A stretch of DNA of 64,000 nt from Fimicolochytrium jonesii. Taxonomy: Eukaryota. The position numbers and the translations under genes were made by a program. Shown here piece after piece: positions 13,096-24,622 of this stretch. The notes below the pieces were generated by a model. It was not told where the DNA came from. It searched no databases and saw only the letters and a program-made list of their open reading frames with translations. The stretch lies in assembly GCF_025526975.1 (NCBI RefSeq), contig NW_026515671.1:248001-312000 (forward strand), read 5' to 3'. The stretch's first letter is position 1; every line of letters starts with the position of its first letter.

Positions 13096-14478
13096 GGCTG
13101 GTGGGGCTGGTGGATGTTTGGGTCGGTTGCCGGTGGGTACAAGTGTGGGTGCGCTTTGTGGGATGAAATGTACACTGTGTTCACAGCCGGTCAAGTTGAG
13201 TGGGGCTTCTGATCGCTCGACGCCAGCAGCGATACTTCACGCCTGCAGCCGAGAGCAAAGATAATATTTGCGAGCGGTATACACTAGTAAGTTCCTTTCA
13301 TTTGAACCCAACTCCCAAGCTAGCATCGGCAAAGCTAGCACCGGCAGAACGCGTCATATGTTTGCACCTCGAGAAAGAACATGAAATGCAAGGGGAAAAA
13401 CCTTCGACGTGTTTGCCCCCACGCGTCAAGTAATGGCCAGAGTCGAATTCGACAGCGCGTTATCTGTGCCAAGAACTCCGCCATACCGCTGCATCTCGCT
13501 CCTGCTAGCGTGTGGTAGAGAAGGGGGTCGGCGTTAATGGATGCAGCCGTGGAAAAGTACGGTGAGGACAAAGAAGGGAGGAGGAAAGGAAAGGAAAGGG
13601 ATAAATATGTACGGCCATATCTTGAGGAGCGGTCTGGCGAACGTGTGTTTGGGGATGGTGGGATGCAGGCGGCGCCGGGTCTCGATCTCGGCCCGCGTGA
13701 TGAATAAGTTGAGGGATTCACGTTCTCAGGAGTTATAGATGGTAACGGCTATGTCTATATCACCTGCAGGTGCAGCCTGGCGGCTCGGGAGTATTTTCCT
13801 TTCGGCCAATGGATGTTGGAACAAGAGTAAACGACCTACTATAAAGACACATCAGATCATCCATCCGTGCCACTCCGCACTTCTGTCGCTGCGTCATGAA
13901 TCCGCTCACACTTCACTTTTCGGCTTGGAACCCGCGACTCTTGTCCTCCACTTTTGTATAACATCCGTGAGACCCCCATTTCCAAGCGACAGTGTACCCT
14001 CCGTCGCCATCTCCTCTTCGAAAGTCAAGCTCTTCCCCCGCACTCTTGTCGAGCGCCGTCTCTCGCGATTGCCCTTCTCATCATCCATTATCCGCACTCC
14101 TCCGCTTCACGCGTGCGTGGTCACCCTCCTCATCAACATTATCAACATCCATCCTCGCAAAGACCACCTCCTCATCAGAACTCAACGGATCCACGATGAG
14201 TGAGCGAACAGCGTGGGAGTGCGCGACCGTTGTCTGCGATGAGGCGGGGGTGTGGGCGTCGACGGGGTGGGGGAGTCGGTAGATGGAAAGGATGGTAGGC
14301 TAGGGAGAGGGACAATTGTTCTCGAATGATGTGGCGTCTTGATAAGTTAGGACTGGGGTTGGATAAAAGTCCGAGTCGGAGTCGGTTGGGTGGGGTGGGA
14401 GGGTAGCCGCACCGTGGGTATAGGTGGGTATAGGCGGTGTGCCTGTCTGCGTAGAAGCACCGGCGTTCTAGCTGGAGG

Positions 14479-15162
14479 ATGGGTATCCGACGACCATTGG
14501 CATCACTCGCCTTTCAGTGGTATCCGTTTCCCACTTCCTATGGGCCCGCGGAGATCACCCCGATGGGCGTGAGCGGTACTGAACACTTGAAGCACAATCT
14601 GGGTGAGAACAAAGCTGTCCGACACCTCGAACTCCGTACCAAACAGGCCTTTTCGGCGACGGATCTGCGGAATGTTGGACGGTTGCTCAAGGATAACAAG
14701 GTGCTCGAGTCGCTTACTCTTAAAGCGGACGATCATTTGTCCACAGTCGACTGCAGAGTCATCGAAAAGTTTGCCGCAGGCCTGAAGGCCGCCAGCAAAC
14801 TCGAACATCTCGACATGCATGTGCAATTCCCGGATGACGTTGCGAAACATCATGTCATCAGATCGTTCCTGTGGAAGGATGGCAAAGCCGATCGCGCATG
14901 TCACAAGCTCCTGCATCTAAGACTGGACGGCACGCTCGGACTCGCGACATACATCACCGCGCTCCGGGAAATCGATAAACGCGCCCAGCATCACTTTTTC
15001 GGAATGTCACTGAAGGACCAGCTAGATATCACGCGACCAGCTCATCTCCCCAAAAGCTTGTTCCATTTGAACTCGGGTCCAGACGTTTTGGCGAAGCACC
15101 TGCGCGACGCGTGCAAACTGCGCCATGAAGCAGAATTCCCGGATTGCGTTTACTGCTCGTAG
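14479..15162 (+). CDS. Hypothetical protein with weak RNI-like leucine-rich repeats; 5' exon unresolved
   Basis: 227-aa ORF with LxxNxxLxxLxL-like segments (LGENKAVRHLEL, LKDNKVLESLTL, SKLEHLDM). Confidence 0.45.
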   Translation: MGIRRPLASLAFQWYPFPTSYGPAEITPMGVSGTEHLKHNLGENKAVRHLELRTKQAFSATDLRNVGRLLKDNKVLESLTLKADDHLSTVDCRVIEKFAAGLKAASKLEHLDMHVQFPDDVAKHHVIRSFLWKDGKADRACHKLLHLRLDGTLGLATYITALREIDKRAQHHFFGMSLKDQLDITRPAHLPKSLFHLNSGPDVLAKHLRDACKLRHEAEFPDCVYCS

Positions 15163-17077
15163 AACATGCCCGTAGAATATTCGTCAGCTTAGCTATAGAT
15201 CAAACTAGAGAGAGACCTCATAGTCGGCGTACTGACCTGGTATCCATCCCCTTGTACGTATTTGATGTCCTGTTAGACCTCTTGGAACGCAGCTAGAGTG
15301 CCATCTTTATCATATCCAGCTTGCGCTTGATACACTTATGTTGCTGCGGGATCCCGTAATCCCCGAGACGAAGAGCGCATGCTGCACTAGACCTTGTGTA
15401 GCGGGACCGGCCCAAAGATGAAGAGGGGTTGTCTTTGGACTGTGTTCGTTTCCATGCGAGTCCCTGCCCGTTACGGCAGTTCATCAGCCTTGCTCAGATT
15501 CCCAAGGAAAGTACCGACATTGGAGATCGGGAGCTGCCGGTGACCTGATCCTGTAGCTGTGGTAGACCTCAACGAAAGATTCCGTGGTAGCGACAATGTC
15601 TTCAACAACCCATTCTGGTTGACCGCGGACCTCGATAGGTTCAGGAGGTTCGTCTACGTCTCGTGGTGAATATTCATCTTTGCGATGTGGTCGTAGAATG
15701 TCGACAAGAAAGACAGGCCAGATGCGGCTGATCTTAAGTGTTCGGTGTGATGGGAAGTGTGGGCTCTCTGTTAACTTTCTGAAAAGCCTTTATGTTTCTC
15801 TTCCGTTAGCTGTACCCTCCCAAACACCACCCTCAACGACCCTCCTCTCCCCAACCACACCCTGGACTAAAATGTGATCATTACGATTTTCTCTTCGAAG
15901 GTACAGTACTTTGGATTGGGTATTTCGACTGGGGCAATGCGCGCTGTCAAATACTGGCAAACGCTGTGATCCATCTCCTCTGAAAGCGGGGCTCGTTACT
16001 ACATAGCCTTCTTAGATCCACAGGTTTTGCAAACGTTTTCTGTTCGTAAGATCCTGCTTCCAGATCCACAGCGTCGCACCGTCTTCTTTCTTTCGGGGAA
16101 ATCCACTGCCAACAAGCCAAGTCCCCAAGATCTTCTCGCAATTGCAAACCTGATTCTGCCCTGTCTTGCATTCGCAGTCTTTCTGGTGCTCTTGGGGGTG
16201 CAGCGCGGCTGTTTTGGTGTTCCAACCTCCCGAATCTCCAAATGGCATTCTGATGAAACACATTCCGGACAGCACATCCTACGCGACGATGTGGGCCATA
16301 GATTGTGTATGTCGGTAGCGAGTACTGCACTGTGCTAAGGGTTGTGACGGTCCAGTTGGGTGAGGCAAACTTTATCACATTATAACATGCTGGGAAGGTG
16401 CTATACATCCTTTTCAAGGCACGGACACAGCGAAGTCAGGGACGTAGGCCCGCACCATACTCCGCCTGATCTGTGGACTACATCAGACTCTGACCCAGCA
16501 TCGAATCAGGTTCCAGCCCAGACTTGAGAATAGCAAGGAGCGAGAAAAGGCAACATGATCCAGAGCAGAAACTTACAGCTCTATGAAAGAGGATGCTGCT
16601 ATCAATCTGAAGAGTAGCGCAATCCTGGAAATTATGCCTCATTTAAATGCGCTTGCCGCATATGTATCTCGTTCTTATATAGGGCTGTAAAACAAAAGCT
16701 TCAATCCAGGTTGACGGCGACAAAAAGCTCTGGCCCCGGAGCAGAACGGAGCGAATCTTATGGAGGGCTCAGTTCCCGGGCCGAACGCGTTCCTGAGTCG
16801 TTCCTGTGTAACTATTCTGGAACGGCGCGCGCGCAGCCATGAGATTCACCCCAGCGGTGGCTTCCCAAGTGCAACTTCCAAGTGCAAGCCAAGCTTCATC
16901 AATTTCAACAACAGAGGCCCTTCCGCCAAGCATTCGGCAGATCATCAGTTCACCGCCTTGCAACCCCAGGCAGCCCGCCGCACCACCGCCATAGAGGCAA
17001 CACTCTCCCTCCTCCTTCTCCCCCAGCCCGTTCCTCCTCCAGCTCCCTCCCTCTCCCTCTCCGACCACCATACAAAG

Positions 17078-18575
17078 ATGCTGAACAGACCACATGACGA
17101 CGAGTATGGCATATCCATAGACGACGACGACGATGATATCTTGTCTCCTCCATCAAGGCACAGCGCTACCGAAAGGAAGTCTGAAAAGAAAACATCGAAT
17201 GGAGGAAGGAGTTATAGGAGTGTTTTCAACCTCGAAGACGAGTATACCGACGAGGGGGTGACTAAGAGGATGATGGGTTTCGGGAGGAATACCGCGAGGT
17301 CAATTGTAAGTAGCGGAGCGATAGCGAACAATTACGCGCGAACGAAGTGAGCTCAACTGGGTCGTAGCCCGAGCGAAGTGATGAGAATCTGAGCGACAGC
17401 GAGCTCAATTGCACCGGAATCTGAGCGGAGCGAGGCGCAAGGATGCTTGAGGACTGGGCTACGCCCAGGAATGCTCCAGAGCCGAGAGAAGCGAGGAGAA
17501 TGCGAGCGATAGCTAGCCCAATTACGCCGGAGTCCGAGCAAAGCGAGGCACAAGGATGCTTGACGATGGGGTCGTAGGCCCAGGAATGGTCGAGGGTGCC
17601 GAGCGGAACGAGCAGGGTATCGTTCAACCAACCAACCATCCAACCAACCATCGCTTCGCCCATCCACAACGCTCATCCACAACGCGTGGTCAGTAACGGA
17701 GTCTAACCAAAACGTTCCTTCCTGATTTACAGACCAGCGGCCGGGGGATAATTGGGATATTATTCGGAATTCTGATCTTGATTACGTTACTGGCATACGT
17801 CGTCGGCCCACTGGCCATGACGTTCTGGAACCTGCAATCGGCACCATCGCCACCTTCACCGCACACGCAAAAGCCCGCTCATCTCGAACTGAACCACACA
17901 AAATTAGCGTTACTGGTCGAACAACGAGCGCTCATGAACATGGCCCCCATCCTCCTACACTACATGGCAACAGTCCCCGACGACTGGCCATTCCACGTGA
18001 TGCACACAGCCGCCAACGCACACATCTTCCAAGAAAGCTACGCGCTCCGAAAGTACGTTAAAACCGGCAAATTGAACCTAACCCTCATGCCCGCGCACAT
18101 CATCCTCCGCAATGCGCCGGACGTCTCGGCCTTCCTCACAAAAACATGGCTCTGGGACCAGTTCCCAGCCGCCGAACACATTTTCTTCTTCCAACTCGAC
18201 GCCATGATCTGCTCCAACTCCCCACAAACCATCGACGACTACATTCAGTTCGACTGGGTCGGCGCCCCTTGGCCGCATTTCCCGCACCTGCGCGGCGGGA
18301 ACGGCGGGTTCTCGATGCGAAGGAAATCCCGCATGCTGAGGTGCCTGAGGGACCGGAAGTGGAATCCGGGGGATCAGCCGGAGGATGTGTGGTTTACGGA
18401 GTGCATGCAGTCATACCCGGACGCGCATATGCCGACGCTGGAGCAAGGGAGGGCGTGGGCGGTGGAGGGGTACGATAATCCGGGGTATTTGGGGATACAC
18501 AAGCCGTACAATGGGGTCAATGTGACGAGTCACTTTGGATTTTGCCCCGAGGCTGCTATGCTCTTTATTCCATGA
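17078..18575 (+). CDS. DUF5672-domain type II membrane protein, possibly glycosyltransferase-like; exons 17078-17305 and 17733-18575
   Basis: FFQLDAMIC..DWVGAPW..GGNGGFSMRRK..PEDVWF motifs. A phase-0 GTAAGT..TTTACAG intron (17306-17732) joins the frames and gives one TM helix (IIGILFGILILITLLAYVVG). Confidence 0.85.
17369..17598. repeat. Diverged tandem duplication, two units of about 113-117 bp, inside the DUF5672 intron
   Basis: Both units read CCGAG.GAAG.GA.GAGAAT..GAGCGA.AGC.AGC.CAATT....CGGA.TC.GAGC..AGCGAGGC.CAAGGATGCTTGA.GA..GG....GCCCAGGAATG; units start at 17369 and 17482. Confidence 0.85.
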
Positions 18576-18961
18576 GGTGGATCGAGGCAACGCTGGCGGA
18601 GGGACATCGGAGAGGCCGACCACTCGAAAGTACCACTCGAAACACCACGCGAATCGAAAACAGGAAAGATCTCGATCCGGACTGCATACCATTGCGAGTC
18701 CTCGACTTACAGACACTTGATATTGGAACGAAGGGAGGGACATGCCGGCCCTGGGGCGTTTCGAGCTGGGTATTAGATCTTAGAGAGCGTTGTGTGTCGA
18801 ACTTCTTTCTTGGACTCTTGACTTTGCCTTGTCACGGAACCGCGAATTCGCGGTCACGTGGCGAACATATTAGAAACTTGGTAATTTAACACGAGTGCTT
18901 TCATACTCCCCAGCGTTTTTCTGTCGACCATTTGTCGTTCACCAACACACACATATCCACA

Positions 18962-21110
18962 ATGGCGAACAAAAAGTCGGTGAACAAACGAGGCCAAAAG
19001 CCCTCAGGAGGGGGCAACAGCGGCAACGGGCCCAAGAAACTAAAAAAAGACCCCGGAATCCCCTCCCTCCTCCCTTTCAAAGACAAACTCCTCCGACAAG
19101 CCGAAGCCACCAAAAAAAAAGCCGCCGAAGAAAAACTCCGCCAACAGAACGATCGCAAGACCCTCCAATCCAAAAACCGGCCTCTCACCAATGCCACTGA
19201 TCTCGCCACCCTCGCCCAGGACGCCGCTTCCCGCTCGCACACCTTTGATGCCTCCCAACCCGCATTAGAAGACAGTTTCTCATTGGGAACAGCCGTGGAT
19301 GCCGCTGCGGCGGGTCTGAAGGATAATTCGCGCAAAGCGTATTACAGGGAGTTTAAGAAGGTTGTGGAGAATGCGGATGTGATTTTGGAGGTGCTTGATG
19401 CGAGGGATCCGTTGGGGTGCAGGACGAGGCAGATCGAGGAGATGGTGTTGAATGCGGGGAGTGATAAGAGGGTTATCTTGATTTTGAATAAGATTGGTGA
19501 GTTGGGGATGTCGGGTTCAGCGGGGCCGCTCCGGGATGTGGTAACTTATGTTTGGTTGTTCAGATCTGGTCCCGAGGGAGATAGTAGAACAATGGCTCAA
19601 GTACCTCCGCAACGAATTCCCAACCATCGCATTCAAAGCCTCCACGCAGAATCAACGCACCAACCTAGGCCACTCGACCATCTCCGTCGACATAGCGTCC
19701 GACCGTCTCCTTAGCACCTCCGAATGTCTAGGCGCCGACAATTTAATGAAGCTGCTCAAAAACTATTGCCGGAATGCAAATATCAAGACCGCCATCACCG
19801 TCGGCGTCATCGGGTTTCCCAACGTCGGCAAATCGTCTGTTATCAACTCCTTAAAACGGAGTAAAGTGTGTAATGTCGGATCCGCACCGGGTGTAACTAA
19901 AGTGGCGCAGACGATTCAGCTGGATAAGGGGATCAAGCTACTCGACTGCCCCGGGATCGTGTTCAGTCAGAGCTCCCGCGCGGGCGATGAGGCCGAGGTG
20001 CTGTTGAGGAATTGTGTGAAGGTGGAGCTGTTGGATGATCCGGTGTCGCCGGTGGAGGTCATTGTGGGGAGGTGTGATGCGGGGCAGTTGATGAAGATAT
20101 ATGGGGTGGGGGCGTTTGGGGATACGAGGGACTTTTTGGTGCAGGTTGCGAGGGTTAGGGGGAAGCTGAGAAAGGTAAGCAACTTGAACTCTAGCTCCTG
20201 GTTTCGTGCGGATTTTCGTGGGAGCGTTTTTCCATCGCTCTCTACTCGCCCGCTCGCTCTACCTTGCTGTGATGAGAACATGCAGTGTGATCCGCGGGGT
20301 TACGCGGCGTGTGATTTCCACTTATTTAAGTCTCTGAGCATTCACGGAGGGCGATCTGGAAAGAGGAGGGGGAAAGGAAAACGCATTCTCATCCCGTTTT
20401 CCACGACGCCAAACTCACCCACTCCTCCCTCTTTTCCCACCCAGGGCGGCATCCCCGACATCGAATCCGCAGCCCGCTCCATCCTACAAGACTGGAACTC
20501 CGGCCGCATCCCCTTCTACACCATCCCGCCGCAAGCCGGCCTCCCCGTCGCATCCCACGTCTCCGCCGCCATCGTCGAGTCCTGGTCCCGCGAATTCGAA
20601 CTGCCGGATGTCGTCGAGACAGAGGGCAAGGATTTGGCTAGCGCTGCGTTTGCGGAACGGGAGGAGGATGCGATGGTTGTTGAGGGTGTGGTGTATGATG
20701 TGGGTGGGGAGGAGCAGGGGGATATGATGGATGTCGTGAATACTTCGACCACGCAACAAAGTAGTCTCGGACCTATCAAACCCGAAATCCGCTTCCGACC
20801 GACACCCTCCGCCTCCGCCTCCACAACTACGCCGATGCCACAACCCCTGCCAACAACCCCCCTAACCCAAGAAGAAGCCGACCTCAACCCGCGCGCCAAC
20901 CGGGACCTCAAAAAGCAGCAAAAGCTGAAAAAGAAGATGGACCGTAAAGCATTGCGTGCCGAGGCAGCAAATCAGGACGGGATGATGGATGAGGCTCTGG
21001 GCGGCTCTGGAGGTGCGGGAGGCGCGCCCGGTGTGGATGAGGTGTTTGGCGTCGCGAGACAGTTTGCGATGACGAGTTTGCCGGGGGGCGATAGTGATGA
21101 TGATGAATGA
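18962..21110 (+). CDS. NUG1: Nucleolar circularly permuted GTPase Nug1/Grn1/GNL3 (nucleostemin family), multi-exon
   Basis: [100 protein letters not shown]. Confidence 0.93.
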
Positions 21111-21356
21111 TGAATGATGGAGTAGAGAGGTTATTTTTGTATGTAGAATTTTTGTAGAGCTTGTTGCAAAGTTTTTGCGTGTCTTTTGACTGAATGAATG
21201 CGAGCGAGCGAGCGTGTTCTCCTGTTCTGACTCGCCCTCTCGCTGACCGCAATGGTGATGTCACTGAGGCTCGCTGAAATCCTCCCTCTCTCTAAACCAA
21301 CGGCGCAAAGCCCCATTCACCCAACAACAACAAGCAACGAGAATACAGTGTAGCGG

Positions 21357-22959
21357 ATGGCCTCAGCGTCCGCTCTCCTTCGCAACAGCTTCCACCCATC
21401 TCCTACAAGATATCCACTCCCTGCTGCCGCTGCCCGGTCGTTGGCAGCTCCCTTATCACTGGCTGCTCGGTCAAAATCACACCTCATTCCAACACATACA
21501 CATCGTCTCGCACTTACTCAGAGAACACCGTCCCTTAACCCTCGTACTCTCCTCAAGTCCCGCCACCACCATCACACAATGACCCAGTCCATCCCCAACC
21601 CAGCAGAGTCGGGCCTCGCAAACGTTGCGAACTTTAGAGACGTCGGCGCGAATTATAACAGGGATATCGCGGGGTTGTATGTGGAAATGTCATTTGGGGA
21701 GAGGGTTGAAGGTTGCAAGGTTGGGTGGTGATTGATTTTGTGGTTTTCTGCTTTCGGTTTAGGGGACATTCAGAATTGCCCGCGTTGAAGGAGGGAAATT
21801 TGTTTAGGTCTGCTAGGTTGGGTGAGTGTTGATGCGGCGGGAGATGGGGAAGGACGGTGGGCGACTGGAGCGAGCGATAGCGAGGAGAACTGGACTGTCA
21901 GGCACACAGGCGGTGCTTAAGGGGTCCGACCGCCAGAGGCGCAAGAATGCTTGAGGATGGCAGCGTCAGTGAGCCGAGGTCGTCTCGCGGTGGAGGCAGC
22001 GAGCTCAAGCCGATCGCATCAAATCAACATGCCTCGCGCTTTATGCTCTCCCATCCGCAACATCACACTCACACCCAAACCTCCTCCCTCACCTCATCAC
22101 AGACGACGCAACAGCCGCCGACGTAGAAGTCCTCAAAAGCAAATACGGCATCAAAACAGTCATCGACCTCCGCTCCGACCTCGAACGCCGCGAATGCGAG
22201 CACGTCGCCTCCACGTTCCTCTTCCCCGCCATTGAGCAAGAAGTCAACGAAGAGCTCTACCCAGTAGGCCCCAACCCGCTCCCACCGCCGGGATTCATCG
22301 AAGCCGGCTCCGAGGAAGAAAAAGAACTCCAACGCCGCGCCTCCCTCTCCTCCACTCGATCCAAAGACAGTTTCCGCCGCCGAACGCGCCACACGATCGA
22401 ATTCGCCGGCCCCAAATTCCGCAAACAAGGCGTATGGAAACCGCTCTCACTGTGGCAAAAAACGAAAGTGGTTGCCCTCATCGCCGCGGGTCAGAAACCC
22501 CGCGCCGTGCAGATGATCGGCGAGGAGGTCATTGCGCCCCAGGGGTTGATCGGGCTGTACAAGAATTTCATCGACTACTGCTCGGACGAGATCGCGCAGG
22601 CGCTAAAATTGCTCGCCGACGCGGATAACTACCCCGTGCTCGTCCACTGCACACAGGGTAAAGACCGCACGGGGATCGTCACCGCCATGGCTCTGTCTTG
22701 CGCGGGCGTTCCCCTGGAGCAGATTGTGACTGATTTTCATAGATCGCAGGCCGGGTTGGATAGTCAGAGGGAGGTGATGGTGAGGGAGATGGCGAAGACG
22801 GGACTGGCGCCGGTTTTCTCGGATGCGCCGGCGGAGGTGTTGAGGGAAACGTTTGGGTATGTGGCGGAGAAGTATGGGGGGGTGGAGCGGTATTTGGATA
22901 AGGCGGGCGTGGGGAAGGAGGTGAGGGAGAGGTTGAGGAGGAATTTGGTGGCGGCTTAG
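21357..22959 (+). CDS. Tyrosine/lipid phosphatase of the Y_phosphatase3 (MptpB/IphP-like) family, multi-exon; alternative start at 21579
   Basis: ANFRDVG, LFRSA, GIKTVIDLRS, catalytic HCTQGKDRTG, IVTDF, KYGGVERYL. The N-terminal extension is Ala/Arg/Ser-rich like a mitochondrial presequence. Confidence 0.88.
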
Positions 22960-23645
22960 ACGACGACGTATGGAGCCGTGCTCGCAAGACAGGGCGTTAG
23001 CCCTCAGCACCCGTAGTAACCCGCGACAGGGGATGCTTCCGTACGTAGCGATAGGAAGGAATGGGGCGTCTGCATTCGGCGGTGATTACGACGGGGACAC
23101 ACTTCCATCAGGTCAAGGCTTTGGAATCCATAGCGCTTTGACGGACAGTTTCTTTTTCTTTGTTCGACACGTTGTATGCAATTCCCAAGTTTTCCATTTT
23201 CCATCGTACATATTGCACATACATACATCCGACCTGCCTCTATACACGTTTGTGAATTGTCGGATTCTTTCTATATACAGCCCTCATTGCTTGCACTGAT
23301 CTCTCCCTTTGTGGTATAGTGTGATACGGGTATTGTCTGATTCTACGGAGAGAACTGAATCCGGTATGCGTGCTCATGCCATCTTTGATTTTGCTACTCC
23401 GGCCCTTCCGTTTCGTCCTGCGATGTTCGGTGAAGTGCATCTTCGGACTTTTGTTTCCGTGTAGTATCCCCGTCCGAGGTTTTGGGCATCCCGTGCTTGC
23501 GGATGCATGTCTGTTGCGAGGCGGCGCACCTTCCTCCATTTACCCTTCTTTCGCCCTCCCCCTCCGCGTACTTCCCCACCCCCAGCGCTCATCGACATCC
23601 CCTCACGAAAAGCAATGTTCCGCTGTCCTCTCTGCCCATCCACTC

Positions 23646-24288
23646 TCACTCCCCGATAGAAGAATGGAACAACCTCAAAATCCGCCGGGACGTAACAAGG
23701 TGCTGCCACCGCTCCTTATCCGCTTCCGATACCCTGCGCAAACCCAGAAAGTGAGCCACGGTGGACATTTCGGACGCAGGAATGTAGCTGTGCACTCTCA
23801 CCGTTGCTGGTGCGTCGCGAGATAGGTGTCAAGGTCCATTTGCGATGCGACGTGGTAGTGGACGGTGAAGTATGCCTAGAATAACATATCTGACGTGATG
23901 AGACAGAGTTCCCACTGGGCTTTTCCCAAGACAGGAACGAACGCGGGCAAATCTCACCTTCGCACCACCCTCCTCACTCAACCAGTGCAACCCAACCGGT
24001 TTCGGCTGCGTGAAGATCTGCACGCCCGTAAATCCTACATGAATCACCCAATCCCAACATCAGTCCTCCGCGTGGTCCATATTCCAAATTTTCCCCCCGA
24101 AGCTCCTCACCATGAACCTCACTACATATCCCCCTAGTAAACTCTGTCAAATAGTCAGCGTAACCTGTGGCGAGCGCGGCGGGGACTGAGAGGTTGACTT
24201 CGTAGATTATGGGGGAGGTTGAGGATGTTGATGTGCGCCGGAGGAGGGGTGTGGGAGGGGATGGGGATGTTGATAGTTGGGCGGACAT
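23646..24288 (-). CDS. DUF4286-like small protein, about 4 exons
   Basis: IIYEVNLSVP..YADYLTEF..GFTGVQIF..LTVHYHVASQMDLDTYL..SRRIL pattern resembles DUF4286; stop at 23646-23648. Confidence 0.62.
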
Positions 24289-24622
24289 TTTGTCGGTGGG
24301 GTGGCGGAGATGTCGTTGCTGTCGTTGGGGGTGGGAATGGAGGTGTGAAGAGAGGAGCGTCCTGTGGTTGAAGCTGGCCGAGTGGCGCAGTGCACCTTCC
24401 CAAAGGCCCCAAGGGCAACCCTCATATTACCCAAACGATCTGCCCTCCTGCCAGAATACACTTGCCCCTCAAATACCTATTTCATACGTCGCATACTCCT
24501 GTCTGGCATTTCAGCGCCACATCTTGCTTCCTTTTTCGAATTTTTTACAAAATTTCAGTTTCGATTGACCTCAGTTTTAAAAGTGTTTCACACTCTAATT
24601 GGCACAAACACGGGAGGGCAAG

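Noticed and set aside
15200..16750. Several short ORFs in a long intergenic region
   Set aside because: No recognisable domain, splice model or repeat structure; possibly decayed sequence, but I cannot support a call.
18840..18860. Palindrome CCGCGAATTCGCGG and a CACGTG E-box upstream of NUG1 (CACGTG also near 246)
   Set aside because: Plausible promoter elements, but too short to distinguish from chance without comparative data.
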